Source: Sphingomonadales bacterium (GTDB lineage: Bacteria > Pseudomonadota > Alphaproteobacteria > Sphingomonadales > Sphingomonadaceae). From it: a stretch of 64,000 bases of DNA. The notes under the pieces are model-generated. The model was not told the DNA's origin and did no database searches. It worked only from the letters and a program-made list of their open reading frames with translations. The stretch is taken from NCBI GenBank assembly GCA_016714795.1, contig JADKCA010000008.1, forward strand, positions 66,083 through 130,082. Reading direction: 5' to 3'. Made by a program: the position numbers and the translations under genes. Within the stretch, counting starts at the first letter, position 1, and every line of letters starts with the position of its first letter. Below, piece after piece: positions 33,289-42,674 of this stretch.

Positions 33289-34456
33289 CTGTTCCTTGCG
33301 CCCATAAAAGCCCGGCCCCTCGGCCGGTTCGGTGCTGTACGGGTTCCAGAACTTCCAGTTTCGACCAATCCACGTCTGAACGCTGGGCGAGCATCCGAAC
33401 GCCGAATATCTCCTCCTTGCCTTTAACTTCTCCCGCTTCGCGCCAGCGGACCTCTACGTCGAAGTCGATCGCATCGCAGGACGTTGCCACAATGACGTCC
33501 ACGGCAGCTCCGAATTCCCCGGGAGCTATCTCGCCCAATATCTGCTCTTGATCGTCGACAAGCACCGACGGGTCGGAGCACGATACGCGATACACCACAT
33601 CCATTGCGGGGCCCGGACCTTCGTTGCGGAAAGGTATTACCACCCGTAGCTCGCGTTCCGCCTCGTGGAGCGGATACCGTTTCTGCAGCGCCAAGCTTTC
33701 ACGCTCGGCACGGACCACACGTGCCGCGAGCCGCCCCTTCATAGCACCAAGGAAGACGTTCAGAGCCTGCTCGGCATTCTCGAGCAAGCCACGCAGCGCA
33801 CTCGTCAGGAAGGATGGTCGACGATCCGCCAGCTCCGCCCCTCTTGCGATCTCCTGACGCGAGGCCTCGAGATCAGATTCGAAGCCGGCATCCATCTGAA
33901 GCACACGAGCGAGCGAAGAGGTGAGGTGGTCGATAACCTCCGCGACCTCGCCGACATGCCACGGCCTGCAGTAGGTGCGCACCTGAGAATGTTGCAGGGC
34001 ACCGGTCAGCCGACCCTTCGCACCTACGAGCGTATTCAGGCTGGCATAGGGCGTGCCGAGCGGCTCTAGTATCTTCGTTATACTGCTATGCGCGCCCCGG
34101 AGTTGCTCGAGCTTCTCGTAGTTCTGAGTCTTCGGCTGCACCCCGACGAACTGACATAGCTTCGGCAGGGCAGCCTCGCATAAAGATACGACGCTACGAG
34201 CCAACGCGTCCTGCCGTCCGTCAGAGAATACCCCGGCCTCGAGCGCGCGAAGAACCACGGCCGCAGCAAGATCGCGTCCGGCGGGAGCTTGGGAGACCGC
34301 GATCACTGCATCGGCAGTCGACCCCTCGACGGGAACATCCGCCGTGCTGAACAGGTAACGACGCAACGCGAGCCGTGCCCCGTCAAAATCCTGCGCTGCG
34401 ATCGCGACCTCAAATGCAGTAAGATGGTCTTCGAGAAGACTGGAGCTTTCGTTCAT
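33161..34456 (-). CDS. N-terminal region ORF of the ATPase-PRTase gene (helical part + beta-rich segment); frame break near 33341-33343 as assembled
   Basis: ATG 34456 with GAGG upstream. It makes sense up to '...DVDWSKLEVLE', then becomes Gly/Arg nonsense where the ATPase frame gains sense. The break lies at a C-run (GGG on the plus strand). Confidence 0.6.
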   Translation of the reverse strand: MNESSSLLEDHLTAFEVAIAAQDFDGARLALRRYLFSTADVPVEGSTADAVIAVSQAPAGRDLAAAVVLRALEAGVFSDGRQDALARSVVSLCEAALPKLCQFVGVQPKTQNYEKLEQLRGAHSSITKILEPLGTPYASLNTLVGAKGRLTGALQHSQVRTYCRPWHVGEVAEVIDHLTSSLARVLQMDAGFESDLEASRQEIARGAELADRRPSFLTSALRGLLENAEQALNVFLGAMKGRLAARVVRAERESLALQKRYPLHEAERELRVVIPFRNEGPGPAMDVVYRVSCSDPSVLVDDQEQILGEIAPGEFGAAVDVIVATSCDAIDFDVEVRWREAGEVKGKEEIFGVRMLAQRSDVDWSKLEVLEPVQHRTGRGAGLLWAQGTGGDAGRAVSSTSDGAILRHGPEESRQDVPRADGNGRGARRGP

Positions 34457-34871
34457 GTATTCCCGCCTCAGGACCTGATACTGTTTCTAAGCTCTAGCGT
34501 TATGTTGCTTAGACTAGCAACACCCTGATTGGCAGGTGGGTCTTTTGTCCTCGACGGCTGGCTAAGAGATATTCGCCTTTAGAGCCCGGCCGCTTGAAAA
34601 CCGCTGCCCTGCTGCCAACATCCGTTTGGCTGAGGCGGCTGCTACCAAACGAGCGGAGGGCAAACGGCCGACCTTGCTTTCGCCGCACGCCCTTCGAACG
34701 GCCGCTGCATCGGAAACCCGCCATTCACGGTCGCGTCAGTGAACGACGGCTTCGTCCCACTCCCGGTCATTCTTGTTCGCTTGCCGCTTCATGATCCGCT
34801 GGAAGGGGCGCGGATGATGACGGGCTCGTAAGGTGATTGCTGGGTGAACTACGCTCAAAGGAGAAAGGCAC

Positions 34872-35015
34872 ATGAAGCCGCCCAAGACCCTGCAAGGTTT
34901 TGGTGTCAGGCCAGCAAAGGGTGCCAAGCCACGACGTTGGCGAAGTGAGTGCATTCAGAGGCCGATTAAAACAAAGCCGTCACCGCCCAAGAAAACATCC
35001 CCTTTCATGAACTGA
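34872..35015 (+). CDS. possible small basic ORF (47 codons)
   Basis: AAGGAGAAAGG lies 4 nt before ATG 34872 ('MKPPKTLQGFGVRPAKGAKPRRW...'). Not in the track because it is under 60 aa. There is no other support. Confidence 0.2.
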   Translation: MKPPKTLQGFGVRPAKGAKPRRWRSECIQRPIKTKPSPPKKTSPFMN

Positions 35016-35087
35016 TCCAAGCCCCTGACCGGACCCGGCCAGGTCTGCAACCCGCGCTCATGCGGACCGTGTTGCTGCGCTTCGCGC

Positions 35088-35180
35088 CGCTGCCCGCACC
35101 ACTCCTGTGAGCGGGGTTTCCCTCACTGCGTTCGGTGCAGTCCTGACCGTGCCCGGTCTTATCGGGGCTCAGTCAAAGGG
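35088..35180 (+). promoter_or_regulatory. conserved non-coding element upstream of ssb (copy 2)
   Basis: Homologous blocks to 16425-16540 (GCCCGCACCACTCCT at 35092-35106, and others). Confidence 0.4.
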
Positions 35181-35224
35181 ATGGTCCCTTGGACGGTTTG
35201 AAACAGCTTCGAAAGGTCAATCTC

Positions 35225-35593
35225 ATGAAGAACACAGTCACTCTCGTCGGCTTCGTTGGCAACACGCCGGAAGTCCGCACCACCCAATCAGGCGCATCGA
35301 TCACAAGCGTCTCTCTCGCCACAACCCGCAGCTTCAAGGACGGCGAAGGCAACCGCCAGACCGAGACCGAATGGCACCGCATTACCTGCTTCAACGGCAT
35401 CGGCAAATGCGTCGCAGAGCATGTCGCCAAGGGCGCGATGATCATGGTCACGGGCCGTATCCATTACACCAAATGGACCGACCAGAATGGCACCGACCGT
35501 TACGGCTGTGAGATCATCGCCGAGCAGGTCGACTTCCTCGCCAAGGCGAAGGAAGCCTCCAAGGATGAACCCAAGAAGCGGCGCACCAAGTAG
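35225..35593 (+). CDS. ssb: single-stranded DNA-binding protein, second copy, basic C-terminal tail
   Basis: 'MKNTVTLVGFVGNTPEVR...TEWHRITCFNGIGKCVAEHVAKGAMIMVTGRIHYTKWTDQNG'. It ends '...KDEPKKRRTK' instead of an acidic tip. Confidence 0.85.
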   Translation: MKNTVTLVGFVGNTPEVRTTQSGASITSVSLATTRSFKDGEGNRQTETEWHRITCFNGIGKCVAEHVAKGAMIMVTGRIHYTKWTDQNGTDRYGCEIIAEQVDFLAKAKEASKDEPKKRRTK

Positions 35594-35624
35594 CGCCGCC
35601 TCGGTTCATCCGAACCTGAAAATC

Positions 35625-35659
35625 AATGGCTCCGGCAGGAAACCGCCGGGGCCATTTTC
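35625..35659 (+). terminator. rho-independent terminator after ssb-2
   Basis: AATGGCTCCGGCAGGAAACCGCCGGGGCCATTTT forms a stem followed by a T-run. Confidence 0.55.
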
Positions 35660-35726
35660 ATGTCTTTCATCGCGACAGTTTCAGGCTCAATATGGTCGAA
35701 AGCGCTGCCGCTTTCGGCGTTGAGGA

Positions 35727-35775
35727 GTTTGCATGCTCTTGAATGCTATTTGGTCCCCAATTCGGATCAAAGCCG
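35727..35775 (+). repeat. right-hand copy of the integrase-proximal motif set (candidate attR-like site)
   Basis: TGCATGC (35730), TGAATGCT (35740) and TGGTCCCCAATTCGGATC (35751) correspond to TGAATGCT (19478), TGCATGC (19544) and TGGTCCCCAATCGGCTC (19555). Confidence 0.35.
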
Positions 35776-36396
35776 GAACATTTGACTGGGGCAAGGAGCG
35801 CCATATCATTCGCTCGATTGCCGCAGAGGCGGCGAAACCCGCAGAAAATCGCTCTTTTTATGCCAATCTGACCACGCCCAACAGACAGGATTTGAGGCCG
35901 AAAATATACGGAATTGACAGGCACACCCTACACGGATCTCCGTTTCCAGGAATACCAGAATTCTGCGCCAAGGCAGCTGGTGCATCGTTCGGATACCGTG
36001 TATCCGCTTCACCGAAATAGACTATAATCGTTTAATAACAATACGTTAAACGGAATACGGCGTATCTGCATATGTGGTGTCGAAGCAGTAAGTTCACGTT
36101 TAAAGCTGAGGGCTCCTTCCGCTAACATAGCCGCCGTTCAAGATGCTAAATGCCTTCCTTGTAAGCCGACTTTCGTTCAGCATAGCCCGCAAAGACTGAT
36201 GGGCGGACAAAGCGATCTACTCCCATCATATCAAGAATGGCTAAGCGCCGCCGCAACTTCATACGCCGGCGGAGGCGGCAGCCTGGGGACGAGCGGACAT
36301 TTCAATTTAGTGAGGCAATCGTTGAAACAGGCAGAGCCCGAATAACAATTAACATGTACTGCTTTGAATCGGCACGATGATAGCTAAGATGTAGGG

Positions 36397-37496
36397 ATGA
36401 AGTTCATCCACTCCGCTGACTGGCAACTCGGCAAACCTTACGGCCGCTTCGATCCCGATGTCCGAGGGGCGCTGACGGAGGCCCGCTTCGATGCAATCGA
36501 CGAACTTGGAAGACTTGCTGCGGAACACGGCGCGCAGCACGTCCTCGTAGCCGGCGATATCTTTGATACCGACGGTCCCGAAGATCGCACGATCGTGCAG
36601 GCGATTTCGCGCATGGATCGGCACGACTGCCGCTGGTGGCTCCTTCCGGGGAACCACGATTTCGCGCGCAACGGAGGCTTGTGGGACCGTGTTCGGCGGC
36701 GAGCCAGCGATAAAATCGTCATCCTCTCGGAACCCAAGCCCCACGAGATAGCGGATAGGATATGGCTGCGCCCGCACCGCTGATCCATAGACATAATCTG
36801 GAGGATCCAACAACCCTCTTCGATTCCATGGAAACCCCGGGCGCCCGGCTACGCATTGGCGTCGCACACGGATCGATCAGGGACTTTGGATCGCGCGGGG
36901 AGACCAAGAACCAGATCGACCCGGAACGCGCCAGGCTATCGAACCTCGACTATCTTGCGCTCGGCGACTGGCACGGTGCCCTCAAGGTTGATGCGCGAAC
37001 ATGGTATTCGGGTACACCGGAGACTGACCGCTTCCAGCGCGACGAGCCAGGCAGCGCACTCGTCGTCGATCTCCAGCCCGAGCATGCACCTACGGTGACG
37101 CCGATCCGAACGGGTCGCTTCCAATGGCTCACGCGCGATTGGACGGTCAACGACGAGGCAGCTTTCCACGCCGAATGCCACCAGCTACTTGCCGGTGTCG
37201 ACGCTCCAAACACGCTTCTGCAGCTAGCCCTTGCTGGCATTACCAGCCTCAGCGAACGGGTCGCGATGCTTGGGCGGCTCGAAGGCGATCTCGGTCATCG
37301 TCTGCGGTATCTGGCTGTGCGGGCGGATGATCTGGTCGGCCGGCCACGCGAGGAAGACCTCGCGACGATCGCCGTCGAAGGAATGCTCGGGACCGCTGCA
37401 GCCAAACTCAGCACTAAGATCGCTGAAGGCGGTCCGAATGGTGCCCTCGCCAAGCGAGCACTCGAGCGATTGTTCATCGAGTATAGCCGGGAGTGA
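36397..37496 (+). CDS. SbcD/Mre11-like metallophosphoesterase; frame break near 36767 as assembled
   Basis: 'MKFIHSADWQLG', 'AGDIFD', 'LPGNHD' and 'VAHGSI' are calcineurin-like phosphoesterase motifs. The track splits it into 36397-36783 and 36762-37496. The sense passes from '...EIADRIWL' to 'APAPLIHRHNLEDPTT'. Confidence 0.7.
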
Positions 37497-37502
37497 CCGT
37501 GC

Positions 37503-40136
37503 ATGAGCCTCGTCATCCGGCAAATCGCGGTCGACGGCTTCCGAAAATTTCGAACGCCCTTCGCGATTGAAAATCTATCGGACGGGTTGAACATCGTCAT
37601 CGAGCCGAATGAAACCGGCAAATCCACGTTGCTGGAGGCGCTTCGTGCAGCCTTTTTTGTCCGCCACAACACGCGCAACCAGCTCGCCCAGTCCTTCGCA
37701 CCATATGGCGAGGCAGTGGCCCCTGAGATCAAGGTGACCTTCGAAATCGACGGCTCTCCCTGGTCGCTGACAAAACGCTTCCTCAGAAATCCCTCGCTTG
37801 AGATCTCGAGTCCGCAGGGTCGGGCTCAAGGCGATGACGCGGAAGCACAGCTCAACGTACTGCTGGGCTCGGTCCGTGACACCAGTCGCGGCGGTGATGT
37901 TTCTTCATACGGAGCATTGGGGCTATTGTGGGTCGCGCAGACTGAGGCACTTGCCGTCTCGGGGCCTGGACAGATTGTTCGCGACTCGATCGCATCCACC
38001 CTCGAAGCCGAGGTTGGATCGATCATGGGGGGAGAGCCTTATCGGCGGGTGCGTCAACGGATAGACGCCCAGTATGAGCTTTATTGGTCGCCCAGCGGCC
38101 AGAAGCGCGGCCGGCAGAATGATGCGCGAGAAAGGTTAGCGGCTGCAGACGCGGCAGCACGCGAGGCCAACGAACGGCTCGCGGCACTGGAGCAGAGCTT
38201 TTCCGACCTCGACGCCGCACGTGGCCGGCTCAAGATCGTCCAGCGAGAGATCGCGGATGAGACCGATACGCAAGCTCGCAAAGACCTGGTCGACTCCCTT
38301 GAGATCGCCCGTGCGGCGGCGCAAATCCTCTCAACCCGGAAAGCAGAACAGGCGGCGGCCGCTGCGAAACTGAAAGGTCTGGAAGACCTGAAATCTCGCC
38401 ACTCGTCGGCGACTAGCTCCCGCGATAACGCCACGACTGCCGTGGAGATAGCTCGGGCAAAGCGTGCGGAGCTCAGCGAGGCGCTCTCGGCCGCCAAGAC
38501 CAAGATCGTGTCCGCGCGTGAGGATCTCGAGGCGGCGCGCAGTGAGCGAAAAGACGCCCGAAGAGCGCTTGAAGATGGTGAACAGGCTGTCCGCCTCAGC
38601 CGTCGCCAAGCCGGAACCGCGGCCGCTCGCCGTCGGCATGAAGAATTGCTGAAGCTCGAGCAGTTGCTTCGCGATACAAAGGCCCTGGCCGCAACCTCCA
38701 TACCGACCGAGACGGTCGAAATGCTTGAGGCGAATGACCGCGCGGTGAGCCAAGCTCAGGCCGTCCTCGACGCAGGCGCAACACGTCTGGCGCTGTCTGG
38801 CACCATCAACGGGGTCACAATCGACGGCGAGCCGATGCCAGCTGGCGAGCGCACCATCACGCGTGCCGCCCAAATCGTGATCGGAGAGGCCCAGTTGATC
38901 GTCAGCCCGCCGGCCGCGGCCGCGAGCGCCGAAGAGACCCTCGCCGTCGCAATCCGCAAACGGACGGCTGCGCTCGACGAGCTTCAGATAGCCGATCTTG
39001 CAGCCGCTCGTTCGCGCAACCAGACGGCGCGCGACGCCACCGGCGAACTGCGCACGCTTGCTGCGCGCATCGAGGCAGTCACACCCGCCGATGAGACACT
39101 TCAGATCGCGGCTGGCGCGGAGGCGCTAAAACTGTTTGTTGCGGGGCTCGAGCCGGAGGCAAATGAGGACGATAATGCGCTTCCCGATCTAACGGCCCTG
39201 GCAGAGGCGCTTGAGGCGGCAGATACGAAGCTCGCGCGCGCTGAAGGGACTCAAGACAGTGCCATAGCGGCACTCCGGCGTTCCGAGGAAGCTGATGCGC
39301 CGCTCGCGTTAGTCGAAGCCGGCGCGATGAGCGATCTCGCCAACGCGACGGCCCTTCTCCAAGAGATCGAGGCTCGCCCGGAATGGGCATCGCTTGATGT
39401 GGACCTCGACCAGGCGCGCGAAACGGCAGCCGAGGCGGCCGTCCGCCTGGAGGAGGCCGAGCGAAACGCATCGGCGCATGATGTCGCCGCGATCAATCGC
39501 AAGATCGAGGTAATCGACGCGCGCGTCCGGGTAGCCGCTGAAACGCGCACCAGACTGGAGACCGAGATTGCCCGACTTGAGGGCACCATTGAGAGCGAGG
39601 GCGGCCTTGGCTTAGCTGATCGCGCAGCGGCGGCTCAAGAGGAAGTGGAGGCGGCGAACGCAGCGTTTCAGCGCATTACCGAAGAGGCAGATACGCTCAA
39701 GCTGCTCCGCGACACTCTGGAAAGCGCACGAAACGAAACCGCAGCCAAGTTCGTTGGCCCCGTGGCGAAACGCGCAAAGCGATATATCTCACAGCTACTG
39801 CCAGAATGCGACCTCTCCTTCGCCGAAGATCTGACGCTTGCGAGGGTTAGCCGGACTGGCGTGGACGAAAGCTGCGCCAACCTCTCTCGTGGCACCCAGG
39901 AGCAGCTCGCCATTCTGACTAGGATCGCGTTCGCGGACCTGCTTCTTGAGCAGGGGAAACCCGTTTCGCTGATCCTCGACGACCCGCTAGTCTATTCCGA
40001 CGATGGCCGTCTCGACACCATGATCGAAATTCTCACCGAAGCCGCAACACGTATGCAGATCATATTGTTGACTTGCCGAGACCGAGCGTTCCGGCACGTC
40101 CCGGGCAACAGGATCCGGGTTGGCACTGGGACCTAG
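37503..40136 (+). CDS. SbcC/Rad50-like (YhaN-type) coiled-coil ABC ATPase
   Basis: Walker A 'EPNETGKST', a very long Ala/Glu/Arg-rich coiled coil, signature-like 'LSRGTQEQL', and Walker B 'SLILDDPLVYSD'. Confidence 0.8.
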   Translation: MSLVIRQIAVDGFRKFRTPFAIENLSDGLNIVIEPNETGKSTLLEALRAAFFVRHNTRNQLAQSFAPYGEAVAPEIKVTFEIDGSPWSLTKRFLRNPSLEISSPQGRAQGDDAEAQLNVLLGSVRDTSRGGDVSSYGALGLLWVAQTEALAVSGPGQIVRDSIASTLEAEVGSIMGGEPYRRVRQRIDAQYELYWSPSGQKRGRQNDARERLAAADAAAREANERLAALEQSFSDLDAARGRLKIVQREIADETDTQARKDLVDSLEIARAAAQILSTRKAEQAAAAAKLKGLEDLKSRHSSATSSRDNATTAVEIARAKRAELSEALSAAKTKIVSAREDLEAARSERKDARRALEDGEQAVRLSRRQAGTAAARRRHEELLKLEQLLRDTKALAATSIPTETVEMLEANDRAVSQAQAVLDAGATRLALSGTINGVTIDGEPMPAGERTITRAAQIVIGEAQLIVSPPAAAASAEETLAVAIRKRTAALDELQIADLAAARSRNQTARDATGELRTLAARIEAVTPADETLQIAAGAEALKLFVAGLEPEANEDDNALPDLTALAEALEAADTKLARAEGTQDSAIAALRRSEEADAPLALVEAGAMSDLANATALLQEIEARPEWASLDVDLDQARETAAEAAVRLEEAERNASAHDVAAINRKIEVIDARVRVAAETRTRLETEIARLEGTIESEGGLGLADRAAAAQEEVEAANAAFQRITEEADTLKLLRDTLESARNETAAKFVGPVAKRAKRYISQLLPECDLSFAEDLTLARVSRTGVDESCANLSRGTQEQLAILTRIAFADLLLEQGKPVSLILDDPLVYSDDGRLDTMIEILTEAATRMQIILLTCRDRAFRHVPGNRIRVGTGT

Positions 40137-40365
40137 TCGACGCGGGCGTGGCGGGCTGAGGATTGGATTAATATTCTCCCGCAGGATATTATCAAACGTC
40201 ATAGCTTCGACCTATCCGCTCAGAGATTACACAGATGATGGTTGCCAGCAAAGGTTGTTCGTGCTGATGTTAGGCCACGACCTAGGGCTGATGAGAGTAC
40301 TATGTCAGTTATTTGGTGGTCTCGAGATAATATTGCGGGCGGATTGGTATTAGGGGGGGAATCAC

Positions 40366-42671
40366 TTGATCAGCAAGATCGAGATCGCGGACGTGGCGAC
40401 TTATCCGGCCGCCGGCGAGCGGTTGACGGACCTGAAGAAGGTTAACTACCTGTTCGGCCACAATGGCTGCGGCAAGACGACGATTTCGCGCGCGATCCAC
40501 GACCCATCCATCTGCACGGGATATACCGTCAATTGGCGGGATGGACGCGAGCTTGCGACGCTGGTCTTTAATCGAGATTTCGCCGATGCTAGCTTCGGGG
40601 ATCAAATGCAGGGCATCTTTACGCTCGGCGAGGACTCTACCGAGCAGTGGCGGAGATCGAGCGCCTTACGGCCGAGATTGCTGGACCAGATAGCGACATA
40701 GTCAACCTGCGCCGGAATCTTGTTGGAGAAGACAGCACCGGCGGGCGCGAGGCTGAACTCGTGGCGGCGCGCGTGGCGCTGATCGAGGCATGCTGGAAGT
40801 CGCAGGTCGACCACAAGGACGCGTTCATAGGCGCATTCACCGGCTTCCGTGGCAAGAAGGAGGACTTCTGCACGAAGCTGCTGGCCGAGGCAGAGGGTAA
40901 CACTTCGGAGTTGAAGACGTTGGACGCGCTGACGGCGGAGGCGACGACCGTCTTCCAAGATGCCACGACGCCGGAGATCGCGATCGCACCTATTTCCTTC
41001 GACCGATTCGCGAGTCTGGAAGCTTCCTCGATCCTTGCCCGCAGCATCGTGGGCCGCGACGACGTAGTTGTGGCCGCGCTCATCGGCCGTCTTGGCAACA
41101 GCGATTGGGTTAAGCAGGGCGTTGGATATCTGACCGCGGCGGACGGCCCGTGCCCTTTTTGCCAGCAACCAGCGCCTGCCGGATTGCTCGACGATCTCAA
41201 CGCGTTCTTCGACGAGCAATATGAGGCTGATCTCGCCTCGATCGACCTTCTGGCGGCGTCGTATCAGCAGGCGGCCAATGCCGTCGTTGAACGCATTGAC
41301 GCCCTCGTAGCAGCGCCACATCGGCTTTTGGACATGGCAGCCCTAGGCGAGCGCTCCACGGCTTTGAAGACCGCTTTCGAACTCAATATCGAACGCATCA
41401 CGGCGAAACGGAAAGAGCCAAGTGGTGTGGTTGAGCTCGACACTACGGCCGAGCTGACGACTGCTATCACCGCCCTGATCGCGGCAACGAACGCGGCGAC
41501 CGAGCAGTATAACGCCACCATCCGCAATCTCGCGAGCGCGAAGTCGGCTCTGACCGCGCATATATGGAGGTTCGTCGTCGAGGAACGACGCACGGATATC
41601 GACACCTACGAGACCACGGCCGGAACCCTTCAGCGCGCGATCGACGGAATGCGTCGCAGCATCGACGACAAGACCACGCGGCGAGCGGACCTTATACGCC
41701 AGCGTTCCGCGATTGAGGAGACGATCACCAGCGTCCGCCCGACGGTAGATTCCATCAATCGAATCCTAGGCCAGTATGGCTTCACCAATTTTCGCCTCGA
41801 AGTGGCTGGTGAGCGCAGCAACATGTATCGCATCGTGCGACTGGACGGGAGCGAGGCGGCGCACTCCTTGAGCGAGGGTGAGCGTTCTTTCATCACCTTC
41901 CTCTACTTCTATCACCAGCTAGCTGGCAGCACCTCGAGTACAGGAACCGCAGTCGAGAAAGTTGTGGTATTCGACGATCCAGTCTCGAGCCTCGACGCCG
42001 ACGTCCTGTTCGTGGTCAGCGCGCTGATCCGGAAGGTCGTATCCGACGTGCGGGAGAATGTAGGCAACGTCCGCCAGGTGTTCGTGCTCACGCACAACAT
42101 CTACTTTCACAAGGAGGTCAGTTTCGACCGAGATCGCCGCAGCAACGCGCGGTCGTTCGAGTCCTTCTGGATCGTTCGGAAACGCGAAAACGTGTCCTCG
42201 CTCACCCGCTACGATTACAACCCGGTCAAGACCTCATACGAGCTGCTGTGGGATGACGTGCGCAGTTCGGATCGACCGAACCTCACGATCCAAAACACGA
42301 TGCGCCGAATCGTCGAGAACTATCTGACCGTCCTGGGTGGGCTGAAGCAGGACGAGATCGTCGCACGTTTTGAAGGTCGCGACGCCCAGATCTGCGCCTC
42401 GCTGTTCTCGTGGATCAACGACGGATCACACAGCTCGCACGACGATATCTACGTAGCCGTCGATGACAATGCGGTGCAAGGCTACCTACGCGTGTTCAGA
42501 GAAGTGTTCGAGCGCACGGGACACGGCGCTCACTACCGAATGATGATGCGCATAAGCGATGACGACCCGGAAGATGGTGCGGTTGCTGCGGCACCTGTGG
42601 ACGCAGTTGCGATTCCTCCCGGTGCATCTGCTCCGCCCGCCTACGCTCCCGGGCAGCCAGCGGCTGAATAG
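40366..42671 (+). CDS. RloC/PrrC-like ABC ATPase (AAA_13-type) with CxxC hook and C-terminal anticodon-nuclease-like region; frame break near 40647 as assembled
   Basis: TTG 40366 follows GGGGGGG. Walker A 'GHNGCGKTT', 'GPCPFCQQ' within the coiled coil, 'LSEGERSF', and Walker B 'VVVFDDPVSSLD'. The C-terminal part has 'MRRIVENY...INDGSHSSH' (R-x3-E...H spacing like PrrC). The track splits it into 40366-40701 and 40647-42671. Confidence 0.7.
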
Positions 42672-42674
42672 GCT

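Noticed and set aside
31000-35100. Retron or ShosTA-type context for the PRTase gene (a reverse transcriptase, msr/msd-like repeats, or a DprA-like partner)
   Set aside because: No RT-like or DprA-like ORF appears in any frame near the gene. I found no a1/a2-type inverted repeats flanking a structured region.
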